Below the pieces are notes generated by a model that worked only from the letters and a program-made list of their open reading frames with translations, was not told the DNA's origin and searched no databases. This document shows, piece after piece, positions 26,101 through 32,000 of a stretch of 32,000 nucleotides of DNA. The first letter of the stretch is position 1; each line of letters begins with the position of its first letter. This stretch comes from Gemmata obscuriglobus (lineage in GTDB: Bacteria; Planctomycetota; Planctomycetia; Gemmatales; Gemmataceae): positions 4,110,001-4,142,000 of the forward strand of contig NZ_CP042911.1 of assembly GCF_008065095.1 (NCBI RefSeq), given 5' to 3'. The translations under genes and the position numbers were made by a program.

Positions 26101-26779
26101 GGCCTTCTGCTACTCGGTGTCGCACGACCTGCGGGCCCCGCTCCGGGCCGTCGACGGGTTCAGCCAGGCGGTGCTGGAGGATTACGGGCCGCGGCTCGAC
26201 GCGGAGGGGCAGGGGTTCCTGAAGCGCATCCGCGGCGCCGCGGCCCGGATGGGCGAGCTGATCGACGACCTGCTCACGCTGTCGCGGGTCACCCGGGCGG
26301 ACCTGCGCCGCGAGCGGGTGGACCTGTCGGCCCTGGCCGGAGAGGTGGTGCGCGCGCTGCGGCAGGCCGACCCGGGCCGCGAGGTGGAAGCGGTGGTCGC
26401 CCCCGGGCTGTTCGCCGACGGGGACCGGAGCCTGCTCCGGGTGGTGCTCGAGAACCTGCTCGGGAACGCCTGGAAGTACACCTCGAAGGTGGAGGCCGCG
26501 CGCATCGAGTTGGGCAGCGAGGCCCGCTCCGAGGGGCTGCTGTTTTTCGTCCGCGACAACGGCGCCGGGTTCGACCCGGCCTACGCGCACAAACTGTTCC
26601 AGCCGTTCCAGCGGCTGCATCGGGAGGCCGAGTTCCCGGGGCACGGGGTCGGGCTGGCGACGGTGCTGCGGGTGGTGCGGCGGCACGGCGGCGCGGTCGG
26701 GGCCGAGGGATCGGTTGGCAACGGCGCCCGGTTCTGGTTTACAATGCCCGTACACCACCCGGGACCGCACCATGAGTGA
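23186..26779 (+). CDS. Membrane sensor histidine kinase (repeat ectodomain - TM - 4x PAS - HisKA - HATPase)
   Basis: GTG start with GGGGAG 5 nt upstream. About 410 aa of extracytoplasmic region precede one TM helix (VVAALWLALGAVVACAAWAWSL, nt ~24416-24484). Four PAS modules follow (starting FHANPDAVVL, MPGVLYCYD, LANSIILRW, LSPVSLALTR). The H-box is FCYSVSHDLRAPLR and the N/G boxes are NLLGNAWKYT, DNGAGFD, GHGVGLATV. Confidence 0.85.
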   Translation: MPVVVLLLCTLPPVGDHPRPALVTARSVRALDPEDAARGHPVDLSGVVTVSSARPPELFVQDDTCGVYVEIMQLHADLKPGAQVRVRGRARGGWFSPLVVAETVERVGEGRFPDPLPFDFSQPAARWLESQFVQSHCLVRSVLAGGGGLEVDGTAGPGGLAFRAPPPVAELQALVGTIVRVRGVCIPEYGPGGRVTGGARILVHQLGDIQVAQSLETVRAMPVRTAGYLRRFLPGVAPIPLVRMSGVVTARVGPDVLMVQDVTAGFTVHARPGTVPIAVGTLADVRGFLTWSGSRLTVHQADVTPCGEAPLPDPVDLTPATDRASVEGARVRFHGRVAESGPGHLTLVRDGLAVQVRLPEDDGRVVPVGSVATAAGALGSREGAGAVLFPVGAGDVTVDAPPPARPLTRAQVVAALWLALGAVVACAAWAWSLHRVVRFRTRELSESERKFATAFHANPDAVVLTRAGDGTVLEVNDGFCRLCGLPRGQVLGRSVVELIWRDPGARARMLDAVRAAGAVRDYPGVIRDAAGATHEVSIFCTRIEVGGSECLLGTIRDVTERNRAEREVRNERLFVDTMIESMPGVLYCYDSDGKFLRWNRRFETVTGYSAAEIAGMHPLDFFTPADRPLLSRRIGDAFATGEAHAEAPLLAKDGTARPYHFTGRRVAFDAATCLVGIGIDVSARHDAERQRAESERRYRELVELANSIILRWTPDGRVAFLNEFGQRFFGFTGDEIVGRHVLDTIVPYTESTGRDLKGLIERVCADPEAFEQSVNENVRRDGTRAWVAWTNRIVLGAGGEVVEILSVGSDVTGARRMEQALVASEKKFSAVFRLSPVSLALTRLDGPIVDVNKSFERIYKLSAERVRGRLPTDFAELYDAPADRALYAERLRRDGRLSGIEVRRVLGDGSAVDLVVAAELIELDGAAHALVASTDVTPLKRAEKALREANAALERRVEARTNELVAANAELEAFCYSVSHDLRAPLRAVDGFSQAVLEDYGPRLDAEGQGFLKRIRGAAARMGELIDDLLTLSRVTRADLRRERVDLSALAGEVVRALRQADPGREVEAVVAPGLFADGDRSLLRVVLENLLGNAWKYTSKVEAARIELGSEARSEGLLFFVRDNGAGFDPAYAHKLFQPFQRLHREAEFPGHGVGLATVLRVVRRHGGAVGAEGSVGNGARFWFTMPVHHPGPHHE

Positions 26780-27217
26780 CGCTTGCATCCTCCTTGTGGA
26801 GGACAACGAAGACGACATCGCGCTGACCCTGCGGGCGTTCCGCAAGTCGAACATCGCCAACCCTGTCGTGGTCGCCCGCGACGGGGTCGAGGCGCTGGAC
26901 TACCTGTTCGGCACCGGGGCGCACGCCGGCCGCGATGCCGCCGCCGTGCCGGCAGTGATCCTCCTGGACCTGAAGCTGCCTCGCGTGGACGGGCTGGAAG
27001 TCCTGCGGCGGCTCCGCGAGGACCCCCGCACCCGGCTCGTCCGTACAATAATTCTGACCTCATCGAAAGAGGAAATCGATGTGTCCCAGAGTTACGAACT
27101 GGGCGCGTGCAGCTACATCCGCAAGCCGGTGGACTTCGACAAGTTCGTCCAGGCGGTGAGTACGCTCGGCGTGTACTGGTTGCTGCTCAACGAAACCCCA
27201 CCCCGGTCCGCCGCCCT

Positions 27218-27221
<4 letters not shown>
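26772..27221 (+). CDS. Single-domain response regulator (paralogue of 19602..20069)
   Basis: I take the internal ATG 26772 of track ORF 26715..27221. It overlaps the kinase stop (ATGAGTGA). Blocks: MSDACILLVEDNEDD, VILLDLKLPRVDG, ILTSS, IRKP. REC only. Confidence 0.9.
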
Positions 27222-29197
<1,976 letters not shown>

Positions 29198-29384
29198 CGC
29201 CGGTGCCGCAGGGCGCTTCCAAACCGCTGGAGTTGTTCATGAGGATCCCGCCGGTGACGACTCCGGGGTCGCTTCGAGAGTAGGGGCACCGCGGCAGGCG
29301 TGCGAGCGACATGTGCCGGGCCGACGAATTGCGGCGTGCTTGTTCGCCGCCCATTGAGAACGCGAAATGGGCTTGATTTTTTCC

Positions 29385-29412
29385 TTGCACGCGCGAAATT
29401 CGTTGCTATTGT
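29385..29412 (+). promoter_or_regulatory. Candidate sigma70-like promoter for the YceK-like gene
   Basis: TTGCAC (29385-29390), 16-nt spacer, TATTGT (29407-29412), about 33 nt upstream of ATG 29445. This is pattern match only, and planctomycete promoter consensus is poorly defined. Confidence 0.2.
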
Positions 29413-29444
29413 CCCCCCTCGCGCCGACCTCAGGGGGCAGGGAA

Positions 29445-29921
29445 ATGGCTTTTCGCGCAATCTGCATCGTGTTGCTGCTCTCGACTGTGTTTGTCACGGG
29501 GTGCGGGACGATCGCAAACACGGTGATATCGCGGTCGGAAGAGCTGAAAGACCCCTTCGGCGGGGTGCATCGAGACCTACATTGCATTCGGAAGGCGGCA
29601 AACGGCGAGGGCGGTTTGAGGGCACACGGCTCGTCGGAACCGGAGCCGTATCCGAAGCTGGCCGTTATGCTCCTCTGCGCCGTGGACCTGCCGTTCAGTC
29701 TCGTCGGCGATGTCGTGATGTGGCCGTATACGGTGGCATACAATTACGTCAATCAGCCGGTCCCAACCGTGCCGGTAACGTCCGCCGTTCCGTACCCAGG
29801 GCTGGCTGCCCCGCCCCTGACTCCCGCCCCGGCTGCCCCTCCCGCAATGCTGCCGATGACCGCGCCGGCGCCGTCTGCGGGACTGCCACCGGGTACAAAC
29901 AAATTGAGCAAGGGGCCGTAA
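29445..29921 (+). CDS. YceK/YidQ-family lipoprotein (DUF1375-like) with Pro-rich C-terminal tail
   Basis: I take the internal ATG 29445 of track ORF 29367..29921, with a G-rich SD upstream. Signal plus lipobox: MAFRAICIVLLLSTVFVTGC. GTIANTV...LLCAVDLPFSLVGDVVMWPYT resembles the YceK core (ILDLPFSLVFDT in E. coli, from memory). The tail is PVPTVPVTSAVPYPGLAAPPLTPAPAAPPAMLP. Confidence 0.65.
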   Translation: MAFRAICIVLLLSTVFVTGCGTIANTVISRSEELKDPFGGVHRDLHCIRKAANGEGGLRAHGSSEPEPYPKLAVMLLCAVDLPFSLVGDVVMWPYTVAYNYVNQPVPTVPVTSAVPYPGLAAPPLTPAPAAPPAMLPMTAPAPSAGLPPGTNKLSKGP

Positions 29922-30324
29922 TCTGCGTCTGTCGGTCGATTCCGGGTTCGGTGCCGTGTAACTCCAAACTCGGGTCGGTATGCGTGGAGTGCGTCGAGGC
30001 GGTTACTGTTCTTGCTGTACTCGATGGCTGAATGTTTCGCGCACCCGGCGCGTTCAACGCGCTGGCGACACAATTCAGCTTGAGGCGAGGCCCTGCTTGA
30101 CACTCGGGCGTGACGAACCTCGCGCTCGGAAACGGTTCGATGCGGTTCGAGACGAACCGCACCGGCCTAACGACGTGGCGCGGGTTGTGTAACACCTCAA
30201 AGGGCCAAGTACTCGTTCGCGACCGCACAAGTCTGACTGCGCGTGGGGCTGGTGGACCCGGCCCGGCGTTTCATCCTCCGCATGCGCGGCCGATGTTGCG
30301 GCACGGGGCGGGTGACCCGGCGCG

Positions 30325-30735
30325 TCAGTCCTTCAACTCGATCACAACCCCGTCGTTGGTGCCTTGCTTCAGGGTGATCCGCACGCCGCTGGAGTTCGGC
30401 TGCTGGAACTTTGGCGGAAGGTTGAACTTGGCCGCGGGCGGTTGCTTCGTTCCGGGCGGGAGCTGCCCGGGAACCGGTGGCTGAAGGAACACTTTGTACT
30501 CGGTCGCATCCAGCGGGCCTTCGATCTTGAACGCACCGTTCTCGGACAAGATCGCCTGCCCCCCGGAGCCGGTGTCCGAGATCAGGTTGATCGACCCGAC
30601 CGTTTGCGGCTTCCCGTTGTAGCTCACGGTGCCGCTCACGGAGGCGGTCGGTTTTTGGCTCGAGCACCCGGCAACGAGGCACAGCACGACGAACACAGCG
30701 CCGCTGAGTTTACGGGCCGGGAATCCTGTTGTCAT
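30325..30735 (-). CDS. Small lipoprotein, carboxypeptidase-regulatory-like beta domain (DUF1559-associated)
   Basis: I take the internal ATG 30735 of track ORF 30325..31059. MTTGFPARKLSGAVFVVLCLVAGCSS carries a VAGC lipobox. The beta-rich SVSGTVSYNGKPQTVGSINLISD...AFKIEGPLDATEYKVFL is followed by a Pro-rich PPVPGQLPPGTKQPP segment. Confidence 0.65.
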   Translation of the reverse strand: MTTGFPARKLSGAVFVVLCLVAGCSSQKPTASVSGTVSYNGKPQTVGSINLISDTGSGGQAILSENGAFKIEGPLDATEYKVFLQPPVPGQLPPGTKQPPAAKFNLPPKFQQPNSSGVRITLKQGTNDGVVIELKD

Positions 30736-30803
30736 GGGTTCGGACACCTCGACTTGTGGGTAGGGTGGAGGGCGGGCGGGCGACCCCGCCCGGCACGGCG
30801 GGG

Positions 30804-31817
30804 TCAGTTGAACGAAGCCACCAACCCGTCGTTGCGGGCGCACAGCCGCTGGAACGTGGTGAAGTCGATGCCGTCGTTCACGAAGCGGACCGACCCGTCG
30901 GCGACGAGCACGTTGATGCCGCCGCTGTGGAACGAGTTCAAGACCGTGTTGCCGCCCCAACTGAACGCCGCCCCGCTCCCGCACGTTTTCGAGTTGATGG
31001 CGTAGGCGTTGGCGGTCAGCCCCATGCCCCAGAGGTCCCCGCACCCGCCGGTGCCGCACGAACCGACCCCGCGGGCCGACGTGTTCGTGCAGCCGCCCCA
31101 GGGGCTGAAGTACCCGTTCCGGGCGTCGCCGCTGGCGTAACTACAGTTCTGCACGTTGCCGGACTGTTCGGCGACGAAGATCGTGTTCGACAGGCCGTCC
31201 GTCACCCCGCTCACGGTCACCTGCTCGTTCCAGAGCAGCATCCCGTTGTTGGCCCACCACCCCCCGTAGTTCGATGCGGAGTACGCGGTCCCTCCCGACG
31301 GGTCCGGGTACGCGCCCATGACGCCCTGATACGCCGGCACCTGGTGGTTCTGTTGCGTCCACCACGTGACCCACGCCTGCGGCTGCGTTTCCGGTAGCGC
31401 GCTGGACGGGCACTTCCAGGTTTTGAGCACGGCGCCGTTGAGCACCGCCAGCGGTGTGGGGCTGGAGTACACGCGCTTCTTGAGCCGGCCGTTGATCGTC
31501 TCGCTCGGGAGCGCGTTGTACAGGTTGTCGAGTTCCAGGTACGGGAAGATCTCCACGCGCCAGTTGCCGTGTTCGATCCCGTAACCTTCTTGCCCCACCG
31601 GGTATTTCTGGTACGCGCCCTCGAAATTGTGGAGCGCGAGCCCGATCTGCTTGAGGTTGTTACTGCACTGCATGCGGGCCGCGGCCTCGCGCACTTTTTG
31701 CACCGCGGGCAACAAGAGGCCGATCAGGATCGCGATGATCGCGATCACCACCAGTAACTCGATGAGAGTGAATGCTCGGGCGACGGTTGGTCGCCGACGG
31801 GGGCGGGATGAGCGCAT
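30804..31817 (-). CDS. DUF1559 / H-X9-DG protein with prepilin-type N-terminal cleavage/methylation domain
   Basis: I take the internal ATG 31817 of track ORF 30804..31922. The N-terminus is [65 protein letters not shown]. The C-terminal [16 protein letters not shown] gives exactly H-X9-DG. Confidence 0.9.
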   Translation of the reverse strand: MRSSRPRRRPTVARAFTLIELLVVIAIIAILIGLLLPAVQKVREAAARMQCSNNLKQIGLALHNFEGAYQKYPVGQEGYGIEHGNWRVEIFPYLELDNLYNALPSETINGRLKKRVYSSPTPLAVLNGAVLKTWKCPSSALPETQPQAWVTWWTQQNHQVPAYQGVMGAYPDPSGGTAYSASNYGGWWANNGMLLWNEQVTVSGVTDGLSNTIFVAEQSGNVQNCSYASGDARNGYFSPWGGCTNTSARGVGSCGTGGCGDLWGMGLTANAYAINSKTCGSGAAFSWGGNTVLNSFHSGGINVLVADGSVRFVNDGIDFTTFQRLCARNDGLVASFN

Positions 31818-32000
31818 AGAGGGTCCTGGAGCGAAGCGGGTATGAGTTTGCCGGGCCGGGAGAATGAAAGAGGCGGCGGGCCGGAGATGGAGAGGGAACG
31901 TTCGGAGAAGGTAACCGGTCACCGGGTCAAGTGCAACAGAATACTTGGCGCACGTTAACCACGCAACTACGGTCTCAAGATTGAAACGTGAGTCGGGGGG

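Noticed and set aside
24116-26860. 914-aa ORF on the minus strand, antisense to the large PAS kinase.
   Set aside because: The translation is Arg/Pro/Gly/His-rich with no recognisable domains (…RVVYGHCKPEPGAVANRSLGPDRAAVPPHHPQHRRQPDP…). The opposite strand encodes a fully domain-consistent kinase with G/C at third positions. This is a typical antisense open frame of high-GC DNA.
30134-30161. Two GGTTCGA motifs and a 9-bp hairpin (TGCGGTTCG-aga-CGAACCGCA) that superficially resemble a tRNA T-arm, in the 400-nt convergent gap 29922..30324.
   Set aside because: The stem and loop geometry is wrong for a T-arm (9-bp stem, 3-nt loop). No acceptor, D or anticodon arms can be built around it. It is probably a small terminator-like hairpin.

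Overview
GC-rich bacterial chromosomal segment. It is most likely Planctomycetota (Gemmataceae-like). That placement is an inference from a prepilin-type DUF1559 / H-X9-DG protein with its small lipoprotein partner, a tricorn-like protease, and strong G/C preference at third codon positions. I support 21 protein-coding genes and several intergenic stem-loops. I found no rRNA, tRNA, CRISPR array, transposase or integrase.

Gene order: MoxR ATPase (partial) <> HlyD-type adaptor lipoprotein + truncated MgtE-like channel, Gfo/Idh/MocA-like protein, MFS transporter, PhnP-like MBL hydrolase, mannose-1-P guanylyltransferase, RuvX, alpha-glucan phosphorylase >< tricorn-like protease <> orphan radical SAM (twitch-type) >< signalling island <> YceK-like lipoprotein >< DUF1559 protein + lipoprotein.

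The most interesting part is the ~12 kb signalling island (17.0-29.2 kb). It holds a complete biliverdin-type bacteriophytochrome operon (bphO-bphP-REC-hybrid kinase) on the minus strand. Diverging from it on the plus strand is a gene-for-gene paralogous cassette (sensor kinase-REC-hybrid kinase). In that cassette the photosensory core is replaced by a repeat-built ectodomain, one TM helix and four PAS domains. Together the island encodes four kinase cores and six receiver domains, with no DNA-binding or Hpt output.

Secondary items:
- an adaptor (MFP) lipoprotein translationally coupled to an MgtE-like channel rather than to a pump
- a stand-alone twitch radical SAM gene behind an unusually AT-rich, repeat-containing leader
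- three tandem perfect hairpins in one convergent intergenic gap

The many long ORFs antisense to real genes are high-GC artefacts.
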